From: Xylographa opegraphella
Taxonomy: Eukaryota
DNA length: 47,366 nucleotides
Assembly: GCA_022813865.1 (NCBI GenBank)
Contig: JALDZX010000093.1
Coordinates: 1 to 47,366, forward strand
Direction of reading: 5' to 3'
The stretch's first letter is position 1. Each line of letters starts with the position of its first letter. Position numbers and translations under genes: made by a program. The notes under the pieces were generated by a model that was not told where the DNA came from, searched no databases, and saw only the letters and a program-made list of their open reading frames with translations. Positions 10,712 to 22,493 of this stretch are shown here, piece by piece.

Positions 10712-12937
10712 ATGGGTGAAGCTGCTGCATCGACGGAAGAGGCCACCTCCACCTCCACCTCCGCCACCACCACCACCAACACCAATGGCGTCGTCGAGCC
10801 AGGTCAGAAGTGCGAGATCAAGGCCCTGGAGGAGCGCCACAACAAACAGGGCGAGCTCGAGCTCATCGAATGTGGGGCTTTCGCCAAAGGCTCCAAGGAA
10901 CGCTTCGAAGACTACGCGCTGGTGACGAAGCAGGTCTTCAACAAGGACAGCACCCTGCGGACCGCGAACCTGCAGGTCAACTCGCCGCACATCCTGCGCA
11001 TCTTGAGGAAAGTGGTGGGCGTCTACTCCACCCAGCCCGCGGGCTTCGATGTCCCCATCACTGAGGAGGCCCCCTTTGCTCTGTTCTACCACTACAAGGC
11101 CGAATTGGCCCGGTATGAAGGCCAGGACGAAGCCGTGAGACAGCACCATCGTATCCTGATAGATTGGATCGATGCCGAGCTCGGCCCCGTGTCCGCCGAC
11201 GCCGAGAAGCTGATTGCGAAGGGCTACATCACCTTCCCGCTCCTGTGGACGATCTTCAAGACCGGCGAGCTGCAGTTCGCGTCCCATCAGGGACATCCCC
11301 GCCTGTACAGGCTGGACACGGCCGTCTACAAGGAGACCGCGAACAAGGGCCAGATGTTCGAGGTGCGGTGCAGCTACGTCGACTACAACGGGACCGCGGT
11401 CGGCCGTGCCCGGGAGACGATACAGCTGTTTGACAGGATCCATTTCACGGGCAAGTCGCCGTCGAAGATCACCTCGCTGCCCGTGGCGCCGCGGAAGTTC
11501 GTCGGGAACGAGGACCTCGAGGCCGTGCTCGCGGCGCGGGGGCAGCGGATGCTTGAGTTTAAGGGCATCTTGGTCATGCAGTATGAGGGCCTGCTGGAGT
11601 ACCTGAAGATGCCGCCGTATTCGTGGTGGGGCCCCGCCTGCGAGCGCGACGGCGTGTGGACGCCCATCTCGGTGAGCAGATGATTCCTAGTCGGTGCGAT
11701 CCTCCGGCTGAGACTAGAACCCAGATCGCCGGCCGCGTCGTCGTCGACAAGAAGACTTTCTACGAAGACTTCGTCGACCAGTCCGAAGCCGTGGAAGCCA
11801 CCGACCCTCCAGCCAGCGAAGCTCAGAACGGTCTGTTGTCGTCCCTTCCCCCAACCGCGTTCCGAGCCACCAGTACTGACCCTCACTCACAGTCTACCTC
11901 CAATCCTCAGCGGCTCTATCGGCCGACGACACCGACTACACGGACCCCATGCTCTGCCCGCCCTTCACCCTGGGCTACGCGCTCGACCGCAAAGTGTGGT
12001 GCCGGCTGTTCATCGACAACCTGCACCCGATCGCCTGGGCGCCCGACCCGATGGCCAGCCTCATCCTGCCGGACACGCAGAAGCGCCTCCTGCGCGCGCT
12101 CGTGCGCTCGCACGTCTTCCCCACACAGGCGCGCGACGAGTGGGCGCTGAAAGGCAAGGGGCTCGTCATCCTCCTGCACGGCACGCCCGGCAGCGGCAAG
12201 ACGCTCACAGCAGGTAAAGGCCCTTCTCTCCCCCTTGAACGCAACTCTTCCTCCCCCACCCCAGCTGACGCCCTCTCTCCTCCATCCCCACAGAAACAGC
12301 AGCGGAGTACACGCACAAAGCGCTCCTCAAAATCTCCCTCAGCGAACTCAAAGACGACGAGCGGCTCGAGGAAAACATGATCAAATTCCAACGCTACGCC
12401 TCAACCTGGCAAGCCATCATCCTCATCGACGAAGCGGACGTCTTCCTCGAAGCGCGCACCAGCAACGGCCACGACTCCGCAGAGCGCAACGGCCTCGTCG
12501 CCGGTAGGCACCCTCCCTCCCTTTCATAATCCCTCATCCCCCCCACATTCCACCCCACTAACCCCCCCCGCCAACCAGTCTTCCTCCGCACCCTCGAATA
12601 CTCCCAAGGCATCATCTTCCTCACGACCAACCGCATCACCGCCTTCGACGCCGCCATCCGCTCGCGCGTCCACCTGGCACTGCAGTACCGCGCCCCGGAC
12701 ACCGACGCGCGCCGCCAGCTATGGCGCCAGCAACTAGCGGGCGGCGAGGACGCCCTCGTCGAGGAGCTGGCGCGCGCGCCCATGAACGGCCGCGAGATCG
12801 CCAACGGCATCCATACGGCGCGGACGCTGGCGCGCGAGGAGGGCGGGCCGTTGGGGGCGGAGCAGTTGCGCGTCGTGGTGCGGGCGTGGAGGGAGTTTGG
12901 GGCGCAGTTGGGGGAGGGGGGGGAGGGAGGGGGGTGA
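10712..12937 (+). CDS. Fungal AAA+ ATPase (long N-terminal domain + single AAA module); 5 exons
   Basis: Introns 11672-11724, 11831-11892, 12214-12293, 12504-12578. Motifs ITFPLLWTIFKTGE, LCPPFTLGYAL, GKGLVILLHGTPGSGKTLTAE (Walker A), IILIDEADVFLE (Walker B), RNGLVAVFLRTLEY, IFLTTNR, FDAAIRSRVHL, MNGREI. TGA at 12935-12937. Confidence 0.9.
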
Positions 12938-13163
12938 GGGTGAGGGTAGGGTAGGGTCGGAAGGTATCACAACACAACATCTTCACCACGACCACGACCA
13001 CGAAAATTGTTTAGACTAGACTGAACAACCCCAGCGAAGTAGCAAAAAACGATAGAGATATATATAAAACCGATCCACCCACCCACCAATCCTTCCCAAA
13101 ATCATGTCGACCATCCCATCCCTTCCCCCTACAAAACCATCAATCAATCAATCAAAAACGATA

Positions 13164-13193
13164 CCCCTACCCTACCCTACCCTACCCTATCCC
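13164..13193. repeat. (CCCTA)n microsatellite, about 5 copies
   Basis: CCCTACCCTACCCTACCCTACCCTATCCC read directly. Confidence 0.7.
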
Positions 13194-13230
13194 GACTTTT
13201 CCCACCCCCGCACACCCTCTCACCACGCAG

Positions 13231-13415
13231 GTAGTTATTCACCTACCTCCTAATAATTCACCCAGTTCTAAATAGCCGGTTAGTAGGGTTGTATAAATAG
13301 CCCGCGGTATATAACGTGCACTACCTAATAGTGTAGGATAGGATATGCTAGGTAATCCATTAGTCATTCCTCAGCGATCTTATAGGCGGGTTGGAATAAT
13401 ATTCCCTATTTTAAG
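13231..13415. other. Short TpA-rich island consistent with a RIP-mutated repeat remnant
   Basis: Abrupt switch to dense TA/TAG/TAA between C/A-rich 3' UTRs; no ORF. Confidence 0.4.
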
Positions 13416-14054
13416 GGGAGGGGAAAGGCGGGCACGGTGAGCGAGAGGAGTAGCTATCAAGACCTCAAGAAGGCTCACGATCACAATCACAATGACCACC
13501 AAGCACGGAAACCAAAGCTCCCAGAACAGCTATCATAACTATCAGACCACTACCAACTACCAGCACCCTACCTACATCACCACATTACACAAAAACACCC
13601 AACACCCACCAAATCGCCTCCCCATCACATCTCCCTCCCTCCCTCCCAAAAATCAAATCGAGTCAATCAAATCAATCAACCAATCAATCAATCAATCCAA
13701 TCCAATCAAATCAACCAATCAAAAAGTAAAATCTCCCTCATCGTTAAAAAAAAAAAAGTTATTACAAGAAATGAACCCAGCCCCCCACCCAGGAGCTTCA
13801 AAAGATCGCAAACAAGCGAGCTCAAACCCCCCTTGCCCTAACAAGACGAGGGGGGGGGGGGCATACATATGGAAGCACGACACCGCGCTGCGCAGCACTG
13901 CGCCAGCCAGAGCCCGAGCCGAAGTCGAGTCGTTAGATCAAAGGGGGATATCAATTCGTCGTGGAAGCGCAGTGCAAATCATTCCCTCCCCCCACTCTCT
14001 CTGTCTCTCACTCTCATTTCCACACACCTCCACCCACCCCCTAGGCCGTCCCCT

Positions 14055-17000
14055 TCACACCACGCGCGCAGTCCCCGACCGAATCACCCCATCGACAGAC
14101 CCCTCGACCTTCTGCACCACCCGACTCTCCCCCGCGCCCCCCTCCTCGCCCCTCTCGCTCTCATCGTCCCCCTCTGCGATCCGCGGCGTGAGGCCGTACT
14201 GCTGACTACTCCGATCGGGCGTCGTGCTGAAGCTATTGACGCTCATCGAAGTACTCGAGCGATCGTGGTCAAGGCTCGGGGTGGGCGGGATGCTGGAGTG
14301 GCTGCCGTAGGTAGGCGACAGGTAAGCGGGCTCGTCGTAGCCGGTCTCGGACGCGACCTCGCTGCCGTCGGTGCGCACGGACTGCTCCTCGTCCTCCGAC
14401 GGCGCGCCCGGCTGGCTGCCGTGCTTGGTCGTCTGGAGCGCCTCCTCCTCCTCCTCCTCGTGCTCGGCGTTGTGCGCCAGCTGGAGCCCTTCCACCGCCG
14501 CTGCGCACTGCTCCGAGATGTTGCGGATGATGTGCGAGATGGCGTCTGTCTTCTCGCGGAGGTGTCGGTCGGCAACGTCCGCCAGACTGACGTCGCTGAG
14601 ACGCTTGCTCCGCGCGCCGGCGGGCGAGTTGAAGAACCGGCTCTCCATTTCCGGAGTCACCTTCTCGCCTTCGATGGCTCGTCCGTCGAGGGTACTGGCG
14701 GGGCTGAAAGAGCGATGAGACTGTCGGGAAGAACTGCGGCGAAGGTTTGCGAGAGATCGTCGGTGGGTCAGTTTGGTCGATTCCCGTCGGGCCTCGCTCG
14801 GGGTCTTGGAGCGACCGGCGTCTTTCTCTTCTGCCGACGTCTCGGGCCCTTCCTCGATGTAGTCGGAGAGTTCGGGAGCCTTGGTGAGAGAACGCACGAT
14901 ATGTTCCATGTGATGCGTTTGTCCGCTGATGAGGCTGCGCAAATGAACGACCACCCTTTGAGCCTCTTCGCGCTGGCGAATGATGTTCTTGTTGGTGTGC
15001 TGAAGAGCGGATAATTCCTTCTTGTTCCGCTTGCGCTCCCGCTCGAGCTCTTCGGCAATTTCCTGCTGTAAGACCAGAGCCTCCAGTGCATCGTCACGTT
15101 GCTTCTCGGTCCCCGAGAGACGGAGAGTGAGTCGTGCCGTGTCATCTTTCTGTTGTTCAATGGCAACTGTAAGGCGTCGGTTCTCGCGCTTGTGGGATTC
15201 GATCTTGACCTTGAGATCCTGCGTCTCTTTGGTGAGTTGTTCAGCAAATGCTTGGAATTTGAGGAACTACATCTGTTAGTTTTTTTCTCATAAACTCTCC
15301 ACGAGGACATATACCTGTTGTTTCCAGCTTTCGAGTTCTTCCACCAAGAAGTTGTTCCTCTTCGCAATCTTGGACACTTCCGTGTCCATCCGACCTTTTA
15401 AGTTGATATAATCTTGCCAAGCCTCGACGGTGTCTCTGGAATATTGGTTCCGCTCCCGGACGATCTCGTTCAGATGCCTCATGGAAACCTTGGTCATCAG
15501 TGGTTTCTTGACGGAGCCGCCGAAAATGGCTTTCACACCGGTATTCCGGCCCTACCGATGTCAGCGAATATTGTTTGACTACGACACGCGCGGTCACTAC
15601 TCACAAGCTTCTCGCAAACATGATCCATCACACTCATGACATTGTCTTGATTCCACCACGCTGGATCTTGAACACTTTCCACTTCGCCACGCATCACGAT
15701 GATCTGACCGGCGGGAATCAGCTTCCCGCCTCCATACGCGGACCGAAGGTGAGTGGGAACGCCAGCGGGAGTCACATCTCCGTTAAGTGCTTGGGTCAGT
15801 CGGTTGATCATCTTCGTCCTCTGTCCCGCCGTGAGCGAGGCGGGTGGACTCGACGTCAGCACGAAGTTCCGATCCAAGTCAATCACCAGAGCGTCGACGG
15901 GTGCGGTGAAGAGACTTCGGCATTCAGCAGTCACTCCTAGGATATAAGGCCCCGGTTCCTGCACAAGTTCCTTGACATGACGCGCATGCACAACCGGCTC
16001 GTAGAGACCGCTCCATTCGTAGACCCGAACGCAAAAGCGGACGGTTTCGGCAGCAACCGTCAGCATGGCAGGGTAGTGGCTGATGAAAATGATCCGACGG
16101 GTCGGCGACACCGCGGCCTCGATCACACCCACGATGTTTGGAATCGACAGGCAGGTGAACAAGGGCCACATGGAGAAGTTCTGGAAGCCGGTGGGAGAAG
16201 ACGGAAATTGGTAGCACAGCGCATAATCTTTCATGTCGATCCGGACGAGATCGTTCAGTCGTGGCGCTGGGAAGCTGAGGATGCGGGAGACCTCTTCGGC
16301 GTGGAAGAGGTTGGTCGCCTTGTTCCAGTGAATCCACATCCCCCTCAGATAGTCTCCAAGCAGATCGTAGAGAGGGTATCTCGATAGAAAACTCAAACAG
16401 TACGGAATCCAGTAAGTCTCGTCGGCCGAATCATAATAGTCGGTCTCCGTTTTCTTGCGCAATTCGCGAATGGTCTCGGCACGCTTTTCATCCGCTCGTG
16501 ACCACACCCGAAGAGCGATGCCGTAGAGGGTGTGTGATGAATCCTGCTGAAGGACGAAGGAGTGATGGACACAATGAGGTTGGCTTCTGCCGGTGCAGAT
16601 TTCGACGTCGTGAGGGAAACAGGCCTGTGGCCAGTTAGCTTTGGAGTCTTTTGGACAATCACGAGCCCTTGATTGCTCATCGGTCGTCTTACCCTCATGG
16701 CAGCGTGAAGAGCACGGGCAATCTCGTTATCTTGTTCTAAGCGTGGGCTGCTCCCCAATATCTCTGGCAGCCAGAACTGCCCCACGGCACCCTTCATGTG
16801 CCCAATTTTGCCCTGGCTGGGAGCCGGAGCCTTCACCCACTGCGAGGGCTCTCGGCCAACGCCACAGACCATGTAGGCATGAGTCAAGGTCTTGGGCGTG
16901 CGTTGGGTGGGCTTCATGTTGAGGGTGGATGGGATGGGCTGAGTGATTCGCGAGTGAAGTGATGAGGTCCTGCTCGGAATGACGAGCGAGCTGTCGACCT

Positions 17001-17073
17001 GGTCCCGTGTGGTCGGTCGATCACGCGTGGCAGGTCGAACGAAGGCCGAATGGTCCCGCAGTGAAGGGCTCAT
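14055..17073 (-). CDS. DENN-domain (Rab GEF-like) protein with C-terminal coiled coil; 4 exons
   Basis: ATG 17073 (MSPSLRDHSAF). Introns 16625-16692, 15552-15604, 15267-15314. Motifs HAYMVCGVG, ACFPHDVEIC, HHSFVLQQD, LYGIALRVW, YWIPYCLSFLSRYP, WPLFTCLSIPNIVGVIEA, RRIIFISH, PGPYILGV, IDLDRN. Confidence 0.9.
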
Positions 17074-19448
17074 GGTGAACGGGGGGGGGGGTGGTGGAGA
17101 GGATAGGGATTCACCTGGGAGAGGAGGGTTGAAGGTTTCGAAGGCACCGCAAGTCGTGGATGTCGTGAGGAAATGAAAGGCCGTGTTGAAGAACGGGATC
17201 AGTTCGCGTTTGGGGTTCCCTGGCGACGGAATGATACCCGCGTGCAAACATACAAAAAATGTGACAAAGACCACAACAACAACAACAGCAGCAGCAGCAG
17301 CGATAAGGTGGTGCCAGACAGATGAGGGGAGATTGGCCCAGGTACCTTGGACGCTTGCCTGCAACACAAAGCGCGTTCAACACGAGCTGGTGCAGAGGAG
17401 AGGTGAATGAGTGCGGAGACGGAGGCAATTGAAGGTCAGGAGAAGAGCTCTTCGCCGGGGCAGTTGGCAGGCGTTCAAGATGAGCGGAGCTTTAGACTGG
17501 ATCGGCAAACGAGGAAAAAGCATGTTTGGCCAGGGATCAGGCGTCCCCTAAACCTCCACGCTGCCCACTAGAGCATCAACTAACAGGCCGCTGGAGCGGC
17601 CCCGGTCCCAGCAGACCTGACCCCGGGAGCAGGCAAGCGCAGCCGGAGAGAGACGGTGGGCGACAGGGGGGGGGAGGAAGAGAAGGGCTTTCGGGCTAGA
17701 ATCTCGGCAGGACCGCCCGCGGACGTGTAATTTATCGGATCGACTCGAGGTCTTTGCGTTGATAGCAGCATCACGGATTACCACACGTGTGAAGAAGCGC
17801 ATTGAATCATCACGAAAGCAAGTGTAGAAGTTTTACGACGACGTGCGAAGCGGGGACGTCGGTCTTCACCAGCTCGCTCTCCTGAGGCGCATCGACCTTT
17901 CTGCACCGTGTGCGTTTAAACCTTCGCGGATGCGGAAAACAGGGAATGGTGATATAGGCAATATTACTCTAGAATAATGTATAATATGCATTTGACAAGG
18001 ACATGCTTCACGGCCTCGCCATCGACGATGCCTCGATGTGTCGATGGCACGATATCATTACCCTGGACGACTTGACTAGCAATGTACTTTGTTGTAGTTG
18101 GCCTCTCGTAGAAGAGGGAATCATCATCCATTCTCCCTCATCCTTCATCGTACAGCGGACGTCTCAGCTGGCCTGATGCAGCTTAGACCAGACCAGACTA
18201 GACTGAACGCTCGGCATCAGGCGTCGACTGCCGGTCCGCTTCACAATAAAATACAGTAAAGAGAGAGAGATTATTGAGTGGACTCTCATCCCTACCCAAG
18301 ACTAACCCTCTAGCTGCCCAGCAAGCAGCCTACCTGATGCTCGTACCCATCAGCCCGTCATCGCCACGAGCTCATCGGACCACCGACTGCGAAACTCAAA
18401 AACACTTGGATCGCCGACGAGGCGCGATGAGGCTGGGAGGGAAGGAAAAAGGACTGACTCCAAGGGCGTCTCTCGTCCATGGCCGGTGGAAACGGTACGA
18501 GATGATGCAGTTCTCGCATTGAAATCCCAGTTGCTCTGGATAGGGAGCTGAGATTGCAATCATGGTGCTGCGAGCATCCGGTTGCAGGCGTGTGAACTGT
18601 GAACGGAGCTGCATGTTGTGTGCCTGCTGGGTCAGCAAGTTGTCTGTGATTGGACCACGCCCGCCGTTTCACCGCGAGGCCGAGGGCCCAGTGTCTCCGC
18701 ACGCTGCAGCCGGGGCATGTCACCCGGGCATCCGATCCTGCCCCCCTATCGCCCTTTGGAACATGGGGGGTGTGCGACGCTGGAGTTAGGGGCCTTTTTT
18801 CCCACGAGCCCGTAGTTTACCTTAGTTAGCGGCCATCAGCTTTTCCACCTCGGGCTCAGGTACAACAGTACACTTTCACTCCCGCATAAGACAAGGCACT
18901 GGTCCAAGGGTTTCACCAGTCTAGGTCTGGGGTTCGAGGGACTTCCGCATCCAGCCGGATGATGAAAAGCGACGCCAATCTAATCTCAGCTGGGGGAAGA
19001 CGGGGAGGAGATGAAGGTGCGTTAAAGCACGGGAGTCAAGGAACGGAGGACTGTACCTGATTGATGCCCGTTCTAGATGCCTCGCTAGCCGATGCGTGGC
19101 GGAGCGACGGCAATCTCCCAGCAGAAAGTGGCTGAACGAGAAGTTTTTAGCGTGCACGCTTGGAGGGCTCGCTTGGAGGAGTGGCGTGGCCATAAGGAGA
19201 CTAGGCTGACTCGACCGCGTATCTTATCGATAAAAAGCTTTTTGCTACTACGGAAAACGTCAACGGCGACGATCTACGAGTACCGTAGTCAGCAGGAGCA
19301 CTCAGTGCTCGACCATGAGAAACATCACCCCACACATGACTTCCGCACGCACTGTAGGGCCATGACCGCTCTCAAAGCCCAATCGAGCCACCCCGTATCT
19401 CTTGAACCGGTCACAACATCTCCACGCCCAAACAGCACCTCACCACCA

Positions 19449-20515
19449 ATGGCCGAAGCCCCTCTCCTCACCGACCTCTGCACCATCTGGTAACCACCCA
19501 ACTCCCCCCCCATCCGCCCCGCTGACCTCGCCCCACCAGCCACTCCACCCCCAAATACCGCTGCCCGCGCTGCTCGGCGCGCACCTGCTCGCTGGCATGC
19601 AGCCAGCGCCACAAGCAATGGACGCAATGCTCCGGCGTGCGCAACCCAGCCGCCTACCGCAAGCGGCACGAGCTCACCGACCCCAAGAACTTCGACCAGG
19701 ACTACAACTTCATCTCGGCCATCGAGCGGGGCATCGACAGCGCCGCGCGCACCGTCGCCGCCAGGGGCGTGCCGCTACCACCGACGAGTAAGAGGGACGG
19801 CCCGCTGAAGGGCGAGGTCAACCTCCGGCAGGCGCTGGAGAGGAGCGGCGTCGTCGTCGAGCGCGCGCCAGTGGGGATGGTGCGGAGTTTGCAGAATAGG
19901 ACGAGCTGGAATCGAAAGTTCGTAACCTCCGCCCCCCAACCTTCTTCCGTGCTGCAGCAGCAGCCGCTGACCAACCCCCCTCCCTTCAGCCAGCGCTGCA
20001 TCTCCTGGACGATCGAATGGATCACCGCCGACGGCAGCACCCGCCTAGGCACGTGCGCCGAAACGCAAACGCTCCCCCACGCCTTTGCCCAACACAGCGC
20101 GGCCGCGGCCCCGCCCGCGAAGAAGCGGAAGCCGTCGAAGCGGGACGCAGACCGCTGCGATACGATTGAGACGTCGAAGTCGGGGACGCGTACCTCGCCT
20201 CCGACCGCCCTCCCTTCGACGACCGCACCCCCACCCTCTGCTTCAAGCTCCGTCCTTCCGATGACCGCACCCCCCTCCTTCTCCTTTTACCTACACATCC
20301 CCTCCCCCCCCCCGCACCCTCCCCTCCTCCTCCTCCCCCTCTCCCCCTCCCGCCCGCTCGCCACCCTCCTCCGCGCCCGTCGCGTGCGCGAGTTTCCGAC
20401 CGTTTATGTCCTGCCCTACGCGCCGGAGGAGTTGCCGGAGGAGAGATATACGCTGTTGCGGGAGGGGGGGGGGGGTGGTGGATGGGGGGGAGGGGAGGGG
20501 GAAAGGGGAGGATAA
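19449..20515 (+). CDS. BCD1: zf-HIT protein, box C/D snoRNA biogenesis factor BCD1-like; 3 exons
   Basis: MAEAPLLTDLCTIC / intron 19490-19539 / HSTPPKYRCPRCSARTCSLACSQRHKQWTQCSGVRNPAAY...FDQDYNFISAIER. Probable in-frame intron 19918-19989. ISWTIEW and C-terminal VREFPTVYV are typical of BCD1. Confidence 0.85.
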
Positions 20516-20886
20516 GAGGGAGGGGAAAGGGCAAGGGGAGGATAAGAGGGACGCGCCCGTCGTCGTCGTTGCTACGGGCTCGGATGAACTGTTGTGGGTT
20601 GGGGGTGCGGTTGGGTAGTGAAGGGGTTTAATTTATAAGTCGATTGTCTCATCTCGATATTGATACGGAGTACCAAACTGCAATTCGATTCCGATGTCAA
20701 CTGTCACTCGATTCAAATGGCACCTGTCATTTCGATTCCAATAGCAACTGTCATCCGATGCACATCCGGTGTACATTCCACCTCAATATCATTCCCTTCG
20801 CTTTATTCCCTCCATTCCCATCCCCAATCCCCATCCACCCTCTTCCTTCAAGCGCCCCAACCTCAAGCAGCCAAACTCCCCTCCCC

Positions 20887-22493
20887 CTACGCCATCCCCA
20901 CATACGGCAACCCGGCACTCAACCCCCCATCCACACACCACGCCTGCCCATTAACATAACTCCCCTCCTCACTAACCAAAAACAGCGCCACCCTCGCCAC
21001 CTCATCCGCCACCCCGCCCCTCCTTAACGGATTCAACTGCCCAATCTTCCTCTCCGTGCCACGCACTCGCGCAGCCGCGTACAGAGGCGCCGTCATGCCC
21101 GTCTCGATGAGGCCGGGGCAGAGGGCGTTGCAGCGGATGCCGGTGCCGGCGAGCTGGTAGGCGGCCGTTTGCACGAGGGAGATGACGGCTGCTTTGGAGG
21201 CTGAGTAGGCGGATGAGCCGGCGTTGGAGCGCAGGCCGGCGATGGAGGCAGTGGTGAGGAAGGTGCCTGTGGGGAGGGGCTTGGTGGGGGAGGGGTGCAG
21301 GAGGGCGGGGGTGGAGAGGCGGAGGGCGAGGTGGACGCTGGAGAAGGGGGGGAGGAGGTTAGTTGGGGGGTGAGAAAGAAGGGGGGTGGAGAAAGAGGGG
21401 GGGGGGTCTGAGGAGTGTTGCGGAGGCTGAGGAGTGTCTGAGGAGTGTGAGAAGTGTAAGAAGAGTGTGAGGGACAAAGGGGAGGCTGTCTGAACGTGGG
21501 TCGGCAGAACGAGGACGTGCATGAAGCAGCAGAGGGCATGACGCTGTTGCTTGCCGGATCGGCAGCAGGAGAGACGCACGCTGCATGACAGGGCCATGAC
21601 ACAGGAGGCATCGCCAAGATCATGTCAAGCGCCAACTCAAACCGTTCGCAGGAGATGGTGGCGACAGGTAGCTGTCAGCCGGTGGAGGTGTGATCCGGCC
21701 AATGGATGACGGGATTCACGAGAATGCCCCCCATGCCCAAAGCCGATCAGGAATCACGAGAATGCCCCCCCCCCATGCCCCCAAAGCTGGTCAGGAAATC
21801 AAAGGAAAAAAACCGGTATCACGCACCTCAGCACGTTCGTCCGCATCGTCGCCATGAACTCGTCCCCTCCAATCTCCCCAAAGGCCTTGTGCGCGCCCAC
21901 GACCCCTGCGTTGGCGAACATGACGTCCAGCCTGCCATAGCGCTCTAGCGCCTCGTCCACAACGGCCTTCAGGGGCCCTTCATCCGAAGCGTCGAACTGG
22001 CGGGTGTGGATGTCGACATCAGGATACAAGGCCTCCAGCTCCCGCTTGTGCCGCGGCAGGTACTCGGCGCTGAGGTCGCAGAGGAAGATGGCCCGCGCGC
22101 CGTTCTGAGCGAACTGGTGGGCGCTGGCGCGGCCGATGCCCAGGGGCGAGTCGGTGCCTGTAGGGGACGATGGTTATTATGCTTTGGGAGAAGATCTCGT
22201 GGGAGTGGGGTGATGCGTGGTGCAGCGGCCTAGTAGTGTGGTCGGCGTACCTGTGATGATTACGACTTTGTCTTTCAGCCGTCTGCCATTGGTCACAGTT
22301 AGCTTTTTCGGGGCAGGCGGGAGGGGGGGGGGTTGGGGTCAGCGATGGTGGAAGGGAGGGGGGCTTACTGTCCGGTCGAGGGTCCCGCGACTTGTCGGAT
22401 CTTGGGCATGTCTTCGAAGGTGCCGGGGTCGGTGACGGGGACGGCGAGTTGCTGCGTGAGCTGCTGCAGACGGCGCTTGGGAGCATCGGCCAT
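20887..22493 (-). CDS. Classical short-chain dehydrogenase/reductase (FabG-like); 4 exons
   Basis: ATG 22493 ([12 protein letters not shown]). Introns 22283-22368, 22158-22250, 21338-21826. Motifs [40 protein letters not shown] (YxxxK), [26 protein letters not shown]. Confidence 0.92.

Noticed and set aside
12935..13193. TAGGG/CCCTA runs as interstitial telomere repeats
   Set aside because: Short pentamer runs rather than TTAGGG, in a region full of simple repeats.
13013..18208. Shared 14-mer AGACTAGACTGAAC near 13013 and 18195
   Set aside because: Low-complexity AGACY repeats with no extended similarity; not element termini.
18880..18950. GGTTCGA T-loop-like motif as a tRNA
   Set aside because: No T-stem or cloverleaf pairing could be built.
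21780..21835. CTGAG...ATACC at the SDR intron donor as a TPP riboswitch
   Set aside because: No CTGAGA or GAACCTGAT...TAATxCCAGCG core, and the gene is not recognisably thiamine-related.
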